In this document: positions 54,465-63,660 of the stretch, piece by piece
Position numbering within the stretch: the first letter of the stretch is position 1
Layout: each line of letters starts with the position of its first letter
From: an uncultured Acutalibacter sp.
GTDB lineage: Bacteria > Bacillota > Clostridia > Oscillospirales > Acutalibacteraceae
Length of the DNA: 64,000 nt
Direction: 5' to 3'
NCBI GenBank assembly: GCA_964602365.1
Contig: CAZRQD010000001.1
Location: forward strand, 7,944 to 71,943
Notes under the pieces: generated by a model
Told to the model about the DNA's origin: nothing
Seen by the model: only the letters and a program-made list of their open reading frames with translations
The model's database searches: none
Translations under genes and position numbers: made by a program

Positions 54465-55125
54465 TTATCTTTACCACATTATTAGGGCCCTTGAACAGAT
54501 GGTTCTCCGGCACATATCCCCTCACCATCGAGAGGGGGTATACCCTGGAATTTCTCCCTATCACCGCCCCGGGATTCAGAACGGCGTTACAGCCTATCTC
54601 CGCATAGTCCCCAAGCATCGCGCCGAATTTTTTGAGCCCAGTCTCAACTCTCTCCCCGCATACATTGACAGAAACGGGGGTCTTGTCCTGCTTCACGTTA
54701 GAGGTCACGGCACCGGCGCCCATGTGTGCGCGATAGCCCAAAATGGAATCCCCCACATAATTATAGTGCGGGACCTGAACACTGTCAAAAAGTATGACGT
54801 TCTTCAGCTCTGTGGAATTTCCCACGACACATCCGGCCCCAATTAAGGCGCATCCGCGGATAAAAGCTCCGGGACGCACCTCGGTCTCCGGACCGATGAC
54901 AGCGGGACCCATGATAAAATTGTTGGGGTAGATCTTCGCAGTTCTGTGTATCCAGACGTTTTCCCCTGCCCGCTCATAATCCCCGGGGAGGGTTTCCCCT
55001 AGCCTTAGAATAAACCCGCCTATCTGCGGCAGGGCCTCCCACGGATACTGATACTCAGAGAGGAAATCAGAGGCCAGGGTGAATTTTAAATCAAACAGCG
55101 CCGTGGTTTGGAGAAAAGACTTCAT
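54457..55125 (-). CDS. Stand-alone GlmU-like left-handed beta-helix acetyltransferase
   Basis: Hexapeptide repeats with PHYNYVGDSILG, HMGAGAVTSN, KFGAMLGD, VLNPG; no nucleotidyltransferase domain. Confidence 0.82.
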   Translation of the reverse strand: MKSFLQTTALFDLKFTLASDFLSEYQYPWEALPQIGGFILRLGETLPGDYERAGENVWIHRTAKIYPNNFIMGPAVIGPETEVRPGAFIRGCALIGAGCVVGNSTELKNVILFDSVQVPHYNYVGDSILGYRAHMGAGAVTSNVKQDKTPVSVNVCGERVETGLKKFGAMLGDYAEIGCNAVLNPGAVIGRNSRVYPLSMVRGYVPENHLFKGPNNVVKISG

Positions 55126-55136
55126 CTCAATTCTCC

Positions 55137-55826
55137 CTACGGTGCCATCGCCACAACAATCTGGTCCAGCGCATCTATCTGGTTTAGGTCAAGCTGAAGC
55201 TCCCCGTCCACCGTCCGCAGGATATTCAGCTCCACGCTCTTTACCTCAGAGCCATAGGATATCTGCCCTATAACCCTCTCACAGTAGGAGACGACCTTCT
55301 CGGCGAAGATCTCGTTTACGTCCACCGGCTCATTTCCCGCACCGGACTCATCCTTAAGCCTATCCGCGGCCTCGGTCTGGGCCTCCTGCCTCATCTTCTC
55401 TATCTCCCCCGTGATATTGGCGAAATTGTTGACGGGATTTACCTGCACCTCAACCGAATAGCCGCTTTCCTCATCCTGCTCCTCAACCACGGTATACCGC
55501 GTCGCGGAGTAGGCCCAGCCCATCACGGTCTCCAGCCTCTGCATCTGCTCATCGTTTGGTGCGACGGTATGCAAATTGCAAAATCTGACGGCGGCGTTCT
55601 CCAGGGTAATGTCGTTATTCATCTGCGCTTCCTCCTCGCTTAGCCCCGAGATCTCCATAAGCTTCGCGTGGTCGCCCTTATAGCTGCTGTCAAGGAAAGC
55701 CTGGATATACTCTGAGACGTCAAATTCTGAAAATCCCGGCTTTGGTATCTCGCACCCCGCGAAAACCAGAACAGCGGAAAAAGCCAGCACCACTAAGGTC
55801 AGCAAAATATTTTTCGCCTTCACCAT
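55137..55826 (-). CDS. Hypothetical lipoprotein
   Basis: Lipobox FAG-C; acidic; 10 nt after secA with RBS AAGGGGG. Confidence 0.78.
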   Translation of the reverse strand: MVKAKNILLTLVVLAFSAVLVFAGCEIPKPGFSEFDVSEYIQAFLDSSYKGDHAKLMEISGLSEEEAQMNNDITLENAAVRFCNLHTVAPNDEQMQRLETVMGWAYSATRYTVVEEQDEESGYSVEVQVNPVNNFANITGEIEKMRQEAQTEAADRLKDESGAGNEPVDVNEIFAEKVVSYCERVIGQISYGSEVKSVELNILRTVDGELQLDLNQIDALDQIVVAMAP

Positions 55827-55836
55827 AAAGTCCCCC

Positions 55837-58578
55837 TTACGCGTATCTGCCGCAGCAATTTTTATACTTCTTCCCGCTGCCGCAGGGGCAGGGGTCGTTT
55901 CTTCCGGGCTTTTTTTGTTTTCTTACGGGCTGCTTCTTGGTCTGCTGGGGCCCGCCGGCAGTCACGTCTTTCGCGGCGGATTCCCTCTTTGGCGCCTCTC
56001 TCCTCACAAGTCTCACGGTGAGGATCATCCTGGCGGTATTCTCCCGGATAGTCCGGTTCATCGCGTCAAACATCTCAGAGCTCTCTATGCGGTACGCCAC
56101 CACAGGGTCCTGCTGGGCATACGCCCTAAGTCTGATTCCCTCTTTAAGCTGCTCCATCGCATCTATATGGTCCATCCACTCCCTGTCCACATTCTGCAGC
56201 AGGATGGCCCTCTCAAGCTCCCTCATCACAGGAGGGGTGAATTCCTCCTCCCTCTTTTCGTAGAGAGCGTAAGCCTTTTCGGTAAGCTCTTTCACGACGG
56301 CGGAGGGTTCAAGCTCCTCCAGCTCTGCCTTGCTGAACCTAAGGTCGTTCTCCCCCGTAAGCCAGCCCTGGTACTGCTCTCTTAGGCCGTTTATGTCCCA
56401 GTCGTCATGCGGGGTATTCTCAGGCAGGTATGTGGATACGTTTGATGCGATCGCATCCTCTATCATCTTCTGTATCTTGGATTTGAGATTCTCCCCCGCA
56501 AGTACCATATCCCTCTCGCGGTAGATGGTCTCCCTCTGCATATTCATCACGTCGTCATACTGCAGGACGTTTTTCCTTATGGCGAAGTTCCTGCCCTCTA
56601 CCCTCTTCTGCGCCCCCTCTATAGAGCTTGAGACCATGGACGCCTCTATCGGCATATTGTCCTCTATCTTTAGCCGGTCCATCAGGCCAGATATCTTCTC
56701 CCCGCCAAACAGCCGCATGAGGTCGTCCTCCAAAGAGAGGTAGAACCGGCTCATGCCGGGGTCCCCCTGCCTGCCGGCGCGCCCTCGCAGCTGGTTATCA
56801 ATTCTTCTGGATTCATGTCTCTCCGTTCCTATTATATAGAGGCCGCCAAGCGCCTTTACCTCTTCGGCCTCGGGGGCTATCTGCTCCCTGTACTTCTGGT
56901 TTAAAGCCCTAAACTCCCCCCTGGCCTTCAAGATCTCCTCGTCCTCCGTATGGCTGAAGGCTGAGGCCTCTGCCAACAGCTCCTCAGAGTATCCCTCTCT
57001 CCTCATCTCGGCCTTAGCCATAAATTCAGAGTTGCCGCCAAGCATGATGTCAGTGCCGCGGCCCGCCATATTCGTGGCGATGGTCACCGCACCTTTGCGG
57101 CCGGCCTGCGCGATGATCTGCGCCTCCTTTTCATGGTACTTGGCGTTTAGCACCTCGTGCTTAATACCCTTCGCCTTTAGCATTTTAGAGAGCCTCTCGG
57201 ACTTGTCTATCGTCACGGTACCCACAAGCACCGGCTGCCCCTTGGCGTGGTGTTCGACTATATCGTCTATGACGGCGTTATATTTTGCCAGCTCTGTCTT
57301 ATAGACCACGTCGGGGTAGTCCTCACGGATCATCGGTCTGTTCGTGGGGACCTCCACCACATCCAGGCGGTAGATCTCTGAAAACTCCTCCTCCTCGGTC
57401 ATGGCCGTACCGGTCATTCCTGAGAGCTTTTTGTAGAGCCTGAAATAATTCTGGAACGTGATAGTTGCCAAAGTCCTGGACTCTCTCGCGACAGTAACTC
57501 CCTCCTTGGCCTCAATAGCCTGGTGAAGGCCCTCGTTATATCTCCTGCCGTACATGAGGCGGCCTGTGAACTCGTCAACGATAATCACCTCGCCGTCCTT
57601 TACTACGTAGTCCTGGTCCCTGTGCATTATACCCCAAGCTTTGATCGCCTGGTTCACGTGGTGCTGGATGTTTATATTGTCCGGGTCGGTGAGGTTATCT
57701 ATCCCGAAATACTCCTCTGCCCTCTTCACGCCCCTCTCTGTAAGAGAGCAGGTTTTCAGCTTCTCGTTGACTATATAGTCATAGTCCTTATAGAGCTGGT
57801 CGTTATCCTCCTTTTCGTCCGTCTCCTTTACCTTGATAAACTTCATGCCTCTGGCAAGGTTATTCGCCCTGTCATAGAGGTCGTCAGCCTTCTCTCCTCT
57901 TCCGGAGATTATCAGCGGGGTCCTCGCCTCGTCTATCAGGATGGAGTCAACCTCGTCCACGATGGCGTAGTTCTGTCCGCGCTGGACTTTCTGGTCTGCA
58001 TAGGCGACCATATTATCTCTCAGATAGTCAAAGCCCATCTCGTTATTCGTCCCGTAGGTTATATCGGCGGCATAGGCGGCTCTCTTTTCCCTAGGGTCCA
58101 TTCCGCTTAGGGCAAGCCCCACTGAAAGCCCCATGAAGTTGAAGACCCTCGCCATCATCTCGCCCTGATATTTCGCAAGATATTCGTTGACCGTCACCAC
58201 GTGGACGCCCTTGCCCGTAAGCGCGTTCAGATAGGCAGGCAGGGCAAGGGTATAGGTTTTGCCCTCGCCGGTCTTCATCTCGGCTATCCTGCCCTGGTGC
58301 AGGATCACGCCGCCCTCCACCTGCACAGGAAAAAGCCTTATGGACAGGACCCTGTCCATCGCCTCCCTGCAGGCGGCAAAGGCCTCGGGCAGGATATCCT
58401 CCATGGTCTCCCCCGCCGCAAGCCTCTGCTTAAAGCGCGGCGTCTCGGCCTTTAACTCCTCGTCGCTCTTTTTGCGGTACTCCTCCTCAAGCCCGAGGAT
58501 CTTCTTCACCGTGGGCTCTATTCTTTTAAGTTCCCTCTTGCTGTAGCTTCCAAAAAATTTTGTGAGAATATTTGCCAT
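55837..58578 (-). CDS. secA: Preprotein translocase subunit SecA
   Basis: [49 protein letters not shown]-terminal [13 protein letters not shown]. Confidence 0.98.
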   Translation of the reverse strand: MANILTKFFGSYSKRELKRIEPTVKKILGLEEEYRKKSDEELKAETPRFKQRLAAGETMEDILPEAFAACREAMDRVLSIRLFPVQVEGGVILHQGRIAEMKTGEGKTYTLALPAYLNALTGKGVHVVTVNEYLAKYQGEMMARVFNFMGLSVGLALSGMDPREKRAAYAADITYGTNNEMGFDYLRDNMVAYADQKVQRGQNYAIVDEVDSILIDEARTPLIISGRGEKADDLYDRANNLARGMKFIKVKETDEKEDNDQLYKDYDYIVNEKLKTCSLTERGVKRAEEYFGIDNLTDPDNINIQHHVNQAIKAWGIMHRDQDYVVKDGEVIIVDEFTGRLMYGRRYNEGLHQAIEAKEGVTVARESRTLATITFQNYFRLYKKLSGMTGTAMTEEEEFSEIYRLDVVEVPTNRPMIREDYPDVVYKTELAKYNAVIDDIVEHHAKGQPVLVGTVTIDKSERLSKMLKAKGIKHEVLNAKYHEKEAQIIAQAGRKGAVTIATNMAGRGTDIMLGGNSEFMAKAEMRREGYSEELLAEASAFSHTEDEEILKARGEFRALNQKYREQIAPEAEEVKALGGLYIIGTERHESRRIDNQLRGRAGRQGDPGMSRFYLSLEDDLMRLFGGEKISGLMDRLKIEDNMPIEASMVSSSIEGAQKRVEGRNFAIRKNVLQYDDVMNMQRETIYRERDMVLAGENLKSKIQKMIEDAIASNVSTYLPENTPHDDWDINGLREQYQGWLTGENDLRFSKAELEELEPSAVVKELTEKAYALYEKREEEFTPPVMRELERAILLQNVDREWMDHIDAMEQLKEGIRLRAYAQQDPVVAYRIESSEMFDAMNRTIRENTARMILTVRLVRREAPKRESAAKDVTAGGPQQTKKQPVRKQKKPGRNDPCPCGSGKKYKNCCGRYA
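56445..56456. repeat. HIP1-like palindrome ATGCGATCGCAT, copy 8
   Basis: Exact 12-mer inside secA (D-A-I-A-S). Confidence 0.85.
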
Positions 58579-58716
58579 ATTCTTCCCCTTACTGTAAAAA
58601 CTTTAAGTTTATCATGTAAAATGGCAGAGATCTCCGCCCAGTATTATACCACAAACCTGTACAAAATTGCAACCGAAAAACGCTGCCAATGCATAAAAGA
58701 CGGTGGCCGGGCTGTC

Positions 58717-59556
58717 TCAGTTTTGAGAGAGCCGTTGCCTTAACCATCCCACAGACTGCCTAAGATAGCCCTCCATATCCGGCGCGCCGTAATGTTCTAT
58801 GGATAAAACCCCTTTGTATCCGTCATCTTTGAGGCGGGCTATTATCTCCTCCATCTTTATCTCGCCCCCGCCCACGGGTGAGGAATAGAGTTTCTGCCCG
58901 TCTATAGCGGTTATCCCTACCTCTCCCGGGGCTCCAAAATAAGCCCTGTCCTTTAGGTGGACATATCTAAGGCGGTCCCTTAGGAGCTCATACGCCTCTA
59001 ACTCGTCCTCCGCCATATAGCGGAAATTTCCGGTATCAAAGCAGGCGCAAAGGTCCGGACAGTCGTCCAAAAATTCCCTTACGCCCCGCATGGTCGAGAA
59101 CGGAGCGGCCTCGTTGTCAAAATCCTCCATGAGGAGCCTTATGCCATAGGGCTTAGAGAGTACGGCAAGTTCGTTTATTCCCCATGCCATCGCATCCCGT
59201 TTTGCTTTTCTCTCATCCTCATCGTGCAAATCCCGAGGGATAAACCCGGGTATCACAAGCAAAGCTTTTACGCCAAGTTCTCCCAAGGTCTCAAGCAGGG
59301 GCAGCGCGCGGCTTTTTACATCCCTGTCCTCCCCAAAATTAAAATACGCCGGAACCGTGGAGATCTCCAGTCCCGCATCCTCCATCTGACTTTTTAAAAG
59401 CGCGGGTTCCTTTCCTAAGTTTACTTCAGAGACCTCCAGAAAATCTATCCCCATCCCCTTTACAAGAGAGAGGGCATCTGAGATTTTGATTCCCTTTTGT
59501 CTCGCCAAATCAGCTATATGGTCGTAGAATGTGCTGAGCTTATTTATCTTTTCCAT
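58717..59556 (-). CDS. Sugar phosphate isomerase/epimerase (xylose isomerase-like TIM barrel)
   Basis: LMEDF, FDTGN, VHLKD, LSIEH metal-binding pattern. Confidence 0.85.
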   Translation of the reverse strand: MEKINKLSTFYDHIADLARQKGIKISDALSLVKGMGIDFLEVSEVNLGKEPALLKSQMEDAGLEISTVPAYFNFGEDRDVKSRALPLLETLGELGVKALLVIPGFIPRDLHDEDERKAKRDAMAWGINELAVLSKPYGIRLLMEDFDNEAAPFSTMRGVREFLDDCPDLCACFDTGNFRYMAEDELEAYELLRDRLRYVHLKDRAYFGAPGEVGITAIDGQKLYSSPVGGGEIKMEEIIARLKDDGYKGVLSIEHYGAPDMEGYLRQSVGWLRQRLSQN

Positions 59557-59620
59557 ATTATTTCTCCCGTTATAATATCCGGTCTAATAAAGGAGAGCCG
59601 GTTAAAGCTCTCCTCTTTTC

Positions 59621-60187
59621 TCATTTTATCGCTCCGAAATCCTGGCTTAGCAGAACTTCTCCGGAGGGCTTGGCATAGGTCACCCGCACTATTGGCTCCT
59701 CCACACCTGCCTCTATCAGACTGGTGACGAGGTCGAGATATTTGTCAGAATCTGACTGTATGGATTTTTTCAGCTGGTCCGTAAAATTGTCCGGTACCAC
59801 GTCCCCTAGGCTCTCCAGCGTATAGAACAGCTCTAGGACATTGCCCTCTGCGGCGATCTCTAAGCTCATCCCGCTGCCCTCAAGCTCCGCCTCGGACCGA
59901 AGATCGCTAACCAGGCTTTCAAACTCATCGGACTGTACGAAATCCTCCAAGCTCATTCCTCCGGGTTCTTCAGAGGAGGTTTCGCTCTCAGGAGCGCTCT
60001 CGGGTTCAGATGGGGTCTCGCTTACCTCCGCCCCGCTTATTGCGGAGGAGGAACTCTCCCCTCCCTGCTGGGCGGACGGCGGGGTCTGCTCTCCCTCGTT
60101 CCCACCTCTCGTGACAAAGAATATGATGAGCAGGGCGAGAACTGAAACGGCAAGTATGACAAGGGCTATTTTAACGGGTCTCTTCAT
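59621..60187 (-). CDS. Hypothetical membrane-anchored protein (DUF4854-like C-terminal domain)
   Basis: N-terminal TM, S/E/P-rich linker, SLEDFV...VRVTYAKPSGEVL. Confidence 0.75.
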   Translation of the reverse strand: MKRPVKIALVILAVSVLALLIIFFVTRGGNEGEQTPPSAQQGGESSSSAISGAEVSETPSEPESAPESETSSEEPGGMSLEDFVQSDEFESLVSDLRSEAELEGSGMSLEIAAEGNVLELFYTLESLGDVVPDNFTDQLKKSIQSDSDKYLDLVTSLIEAGVEEPIVRVTYAKPSGEVLLSQDFGAIK

Positions 60188-60495
60188 TATCCAAAACCTC
60201 TCCTTTCTTTTTGAACAAGGCGCGGCGGTTGTCTCGCTGAAATCCTCCCCGCCAAGAGAATTCTATCAGCCAAACTCCTCTTTGTCAAGTAAAATATCGC
60301 CCGCGGGGGATGACGCCAACTTCTTCTCATTTTGATAGTGACATTTATCCTCCTCTGTGGTAGAATAGGGATGTGGTTTTCGGCGGGGCAATCTATCCTG
60401 CGGAAAGTGATTTGAATTAGAGGCGGAGAGGGAGAGGATTCGGCAATCTAAAAAGCGGCTCTTTCTCTTACCTTCTCCGAGAAAAGGAGGATTTT

Positions 60496-61143
60496 ATGCT
60501 ACAAAACGAGATGGAAAACCTGCTCTACGAGGCCGGTGCGGTACCGCTGGTCACGCCAAAGGACGCGGTGCAGGCTGTAACCCTGGGCAGGACTATTCTT
60601 TCAGCCGGGACAAGGGTGATGGAGATCGCCTTTAGGAACGAGAATGCGCAAAACTCCATCTATGCCGTAAGTACCCAGATCCCTGAGATGTTTGTGCTGG
60701 CGGGGACTGTCGTGACCTTGGACCAGGCGAAGGCGGCGGCTGCCACCGGTGCGGATGCCGTCGTATGCCCGGGGCTGGACCCCGAGATCGTCACGTGGTG
60801 CCAGGAAAACGGCATGCCCGTCTTCCCGGGCTGCGCCACTGCGACGGAGATACAGAGCGCCTTGAAACTTGGGCTGAATACCGTCAAATTCTTCCCGGCA
60901 GAGGCTGCCGGCGGGGTAGAACTCTTAAAGGCACTGCACGCGCCTTTCCCGAACGTGAGGTTCATCCCCACCGGCGGGGTGAACGCGGAGAACTTCTCCG
61001 GCTATATCGGCCTGCCCTATGTCCTCTGCTGCGCCGGAAGCTGGCTTTGCCCGGAGAGCAGCCTAAACTCTGCGGACTGGGGAAAGATCTCCTCACTTGT
61101 AGGGGACGCTAGGGTAAAAGTCCGGGCCGCAAGGCAGGTTTAA
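60496..61143 (+). CDS. eda: KDPG/KHG aldolase
   Basis: MEIAFR, AGTV, VCPG, PGCATATE, VKFFPAEAAGG, FIPTGGV. Confidence 0.92.
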   Translation: MLQNEMENLLYEAGAVPLVTPKDAVQAVTLGRTILSAGTRVMEIAFRNENAQNSIYAVSTQIPEMFVLAGTVVTLDQAKAAAATGADAVVCPGLDPEIVTWCQENGMPVFPGCATATEIQSALKLGLNTVKFFPAEAAGGVELLKALHAPFPNVRFIPTGGVNAENFSGYIGLPYVLCCAGSWLCPESSLNSADWGKISSLVGDARVKVRAARQV

Positions 61144-61149
61144 AAACTT

Positions 61150-61188
61150 AAAAGTCCTCTTGGCTTAGGCTGAGAGGCTTTTATTTTT
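61150..61188 (+). terminator. eda terminator
   Basis: AAAAGTCCTCTTGGC-tta-GGCTGAGAGGCTTTT followed by ATTTTT. Confidence 0.5.
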
Positions 61189-61189
61189 C

Positions 61190-61218
61190 TTGACAAACCC
61201 GAACCCACGCTGTATAAT
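61190..61218 (+). promoter_or_regulatory. Consensus sigmaA promoter of the Crp/ABC operon
   Basis: TTGACA, 17 nt, TATAAT. Confidence 0.85.
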
Positions 61219-61228
61219 TGCCTCGAAA

Positions 61229-61248
61229 ACTGTCTCATATGAGACAGT
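61229..61248. promoter_or_regulatory. Perfect 20-bp palindrome, Crp/Fnr-type operator
   Basis: ACTGTCTCAT|ATGAGACAGT, i.e. TGTCT-N6-AGACA, just downstream of the -10. Confidence 0.75.
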
Positions 61249-61257
61249 GAAGGCGAG

Positions 61258-61920
61258 GTGAAGCGTATGGGTCTTAGCGAAGAGGAGAGTAAGACCGCAT
61301 CCGGGATTTTCCTATTCAGCTCTCTAACTGCGTGCGAGAGGGAGGCTTTTCTCAAAGGCCGGGAGGCCGTGGAGTTTTTTAAGGGCGAGGTTATCTACAG
61401 CCCGGATAAATTCAGGCGGTCCTTGGGGGTTATCCTCTCGGGAGAGGCGCAGGTTCAAAATGACAGCGGTACTGTGCTAAACGTTTTGAGAGAGGGTGAC
61501 TGCTTTGGCGCGGCTGCGCTCTTTTCAGAGATTGAGAGCTATGTGACGACTATCCTGGCGAAGAGCAAAATGAAGATTCTCTTTCTCTCTAACGATGAAC
61601 TGGAGGAGGCGTTTCTGCGCTACCCGCGGATGGCTATCTCATATATCAGGTTCATCTCGGGCAGGATACAGTTTCTCAACCGGAAGATCGAGAGCTTCAC
61701 CGCACCGAACGCCGAGGAGGCGCTGCTGGGCTGGGTCTATGAAAACGCCGGAGACGGCGGGCGGGCAGTTCTTCCCGGAGGATTCTCTGCACTTGCCAGA
61801 GAGCTGAACCTTGGCAGGGCCAGCCTCTACCGGGCGCTTGACAGGCTGAGCTCTGAGGGGCGGCTTAGGAGAGACGGCAAGAATATCTATCTTGTAAGTG
61901 GAAAGGAAGATTCAGAATGA
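61258..61920 (+). CDS. Crp/Fnr family transcriptional regulator
   Basis: cNMP-binding-like barrel (VILSGEA, GDCFG) and HTH LARELNLGRASLYRAL; GTG 61258 or ATG 61267 start. Confidence 0.88.
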   Translation: MKRMGLSEEESKTASGIFLFSSLTACEREAFLKGREAVEFFKGEVIYSPDKFRRSLGVILSGEAQVQNDSGTVLNVLREGDCFGAAALFSEIESYVTTILAKSKMKILFLSNDELEEAFLRYPRMAISYIRFISGRIQFLNRKIESFTAPNAEEALLGWVYENAGDGGRAVLPGGFSALARELNLGRASLYRALDRLSSEGRLRRDGKNIYLVSGKEDSE

Positions 61921-62906
61921 AGAGAGTTTTAAAGGTTTTTTCCGCGGTGCTTCTGGTCTTGGCAATTGTGCTCTGTATGGCGGGATGCGGCGGGGAGAAG
62001 CAGGAAGATGCGATGACGATAAGGATCGCCGCACTAAAGGGACCGACCGCCCTAGGAATGCTAAAGATGATGGCGGAACCCGAGGGTACGGATACCTATG
62101 AGTTCACCCTGGCAGGATCGCCGGACGAGCTTGTGGGCAGGATAGTCCAGGGGGATTTTGACATGGCGGCGGTGCCGACGAACCTTGCCGCGACCCTATT
62201 CAACCGGACAGAGGGCAAGGTGCAGATAGCCGCGCTGAATACCCTGGGGGTGCTGTACTGCGTGGAGATCGGCGATACAGTCAACTCCATAGCTGACCTC
62301 AAGGGGAAAACTGTCTACAACCTGGGCAAGGGCTCCACGCCTGAATTTGCCCTAAACTACCTCCTAAAAGAAAACGGCATTGACCCTGAAAACGACCTCA
62401 CCGTGGAATACGCCACAGAGGCCGGAGAGGTGGCAAGTCTTATGGCAGCGGGAGAGGCAAACCTCGCCATACTGCCGCAGCCCTTTGTCACAAGTCTCCT
62501 AGCGCAGAATGACAAGGTCAGGGTTGCCTTCTCCGTAACGGAGGAGTGGGACAAACTTGATAACGGCAGCGTTTTGAGCATGGGCTGCCTGTTAGTGCAA
62601 AAATCATTCGCACAGGAACATCCCGGGGTGATGAAGCGCTTTTTGGAGGAGTATAAAAAATCTGTGGACTTCACAAACGGAGAGGACACCATCGCAAAGG
62701 CGGCAGAATACAGCGAGCAGTTTGACGTCATACCGGCGGCCGTGGCGCAAAAGGCAATTCCGCAGTGCAATATCGTCCTCATCTCCGGGGAGGAGATGAA
62801 ATCGCAGACTGAGGGATTTTTAGAGGTCCTCTATAACGCCGACCCGTCCTCCGTGGGCGGGGCCCTCCCGACGGATGATTTCTATTACATAGGCGATGAG
62901 AGCTGA
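61917..62906 (+). CDS. ABC transporter substrate-binding lipoprotein (NitT/TauT-like)
   Basis: Lipobox MAG-C; DLKGKTV..LGKGSTPE, AILPQPF. Confidence 0.87.
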   Translation: MKRVLKVFSAVLLVLAIVLCMAGCGGEKQEDAMTIRIAALKGPTALGMLKMMAEPEGTDTYEFTLAGSPDELVGRIVQGDFDMAAVPTNLAATLFNRTEGKVQIAALNTLGVLYCVEIGDTVNSIADLKGKTVYNLGKGSTPEFALNYLLKENGIDPENDLTVEYATEAGEVASLMAAGEANLAILPQPFVTSLLAQNDKVRVAFSVTEEWDKLDNGSVLSMGCLLVQKSFAQEHPGVMKRFLEEYKKSVDFTNGEDTIAKAAEYSEQFDVIPAAVAQKAIPQCNIVLISGEEMKSQTEGFLEVLYNADPSSVGGALPTDDFYYIGDES

Positions 62907-63660
62907 CAGGGTCAGGAAAATTCTTACCTCCCTGCTTGTGGCGGGTTTCTGGCTTCTCTTGTGGGAGGTCCTGTGCCTGCTTGTGAAGAGCTCTCTGCTC
63001 CTGCCGTCCCCGTTCGCCGTAGCAAGCAGGCTTATGGAGCTTGTCGTGACGGCCCGCTTCTGGAGGGTGATAGCCTCCTCAGTTTTAAGGGTCTTAAGCG
63101 GGTTTTTGCTGGGTGTGCTTGCAGGATGCGTTTTGGGGATCTGCACGGCTTACTCCCCCATACTGCGCAGGCTCTTTAAACTCCCGATGAGTGTGGTGAA
63201 GGCTGCCCCCGTGGCGTCCTTCGTGATTCTCGCGCTGGTGTGGATAAGCGGGAAGAATTTGAGCATTTTCATATCCTTCCTTATGGTCCTGCCGATAGTC
63301 CACTCCAATATCGAGCAGGGGCTGCTAAGCGCTGACGAGAAACTCCTTGAGGCGGCTAGGGCCTACAGGCTCTCCCCCGGGCAGAGGGCAATCGCCGTCT
63401 ATATTCCAGCGGCGGCGCCGTATTTTCTCTCTGCCCTAAGGGTCGGGCTGGGGCTGGCGTTTAAATCCGGCATAGCGGGGGAGGTCATTGCCATCCCGAA
63501 AAACGCCATAGGGACAGAGCTCTATAACGCCAAGGTATACCTGCAGACGCCCGACCTCTTTGCCTGGACGCTGGTCATAGTGGCGATATCCATGGCGCTG
63601 GAGAAAGCTCTCTCCCTTCTGATAGGCAGGGCGGTGAGGCTTTACGGAGGGGAGATATGA
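62896..63660 (+). CDS. ABC transporter permease (NitT/TauT-like)
   Basis: LLPSPFAV, EAA loop LEAARAYRL, IAGEVI, GTELY. Confidence 0.9.
   Translation: MRADRVRKILTSLLVAGFWLLLWEVLCLLVKSSLLLPSPFAVASRLMELVVTARFWRVIASSVLRVLSGFLLGVLAGCVLGICTAYSPILRRLFKLPMSVVKAAPVASFVILALVWISGKNLSIFISFLMVLPIVHSNIEQGLLSADEKLLEAARAYRLSPGQRAIAVYIPAAAPYFLSALRVGLGLAFKSGIAGEVIAIPKNAIGTELYNAKVYLQTPDLFAWTLVIVAISMALEKALSLLIGRAVRLYGGEI

Noticed and set aside
49440-61143. kdgK, manA, TIM-barrel isomerase and eda as one sugar-acid catabolic cluster
   Set aside because: They are scattered over 12 kb on different strands and interleaved with secA and cell-wall genes. They are functionally compatible but not a locus.
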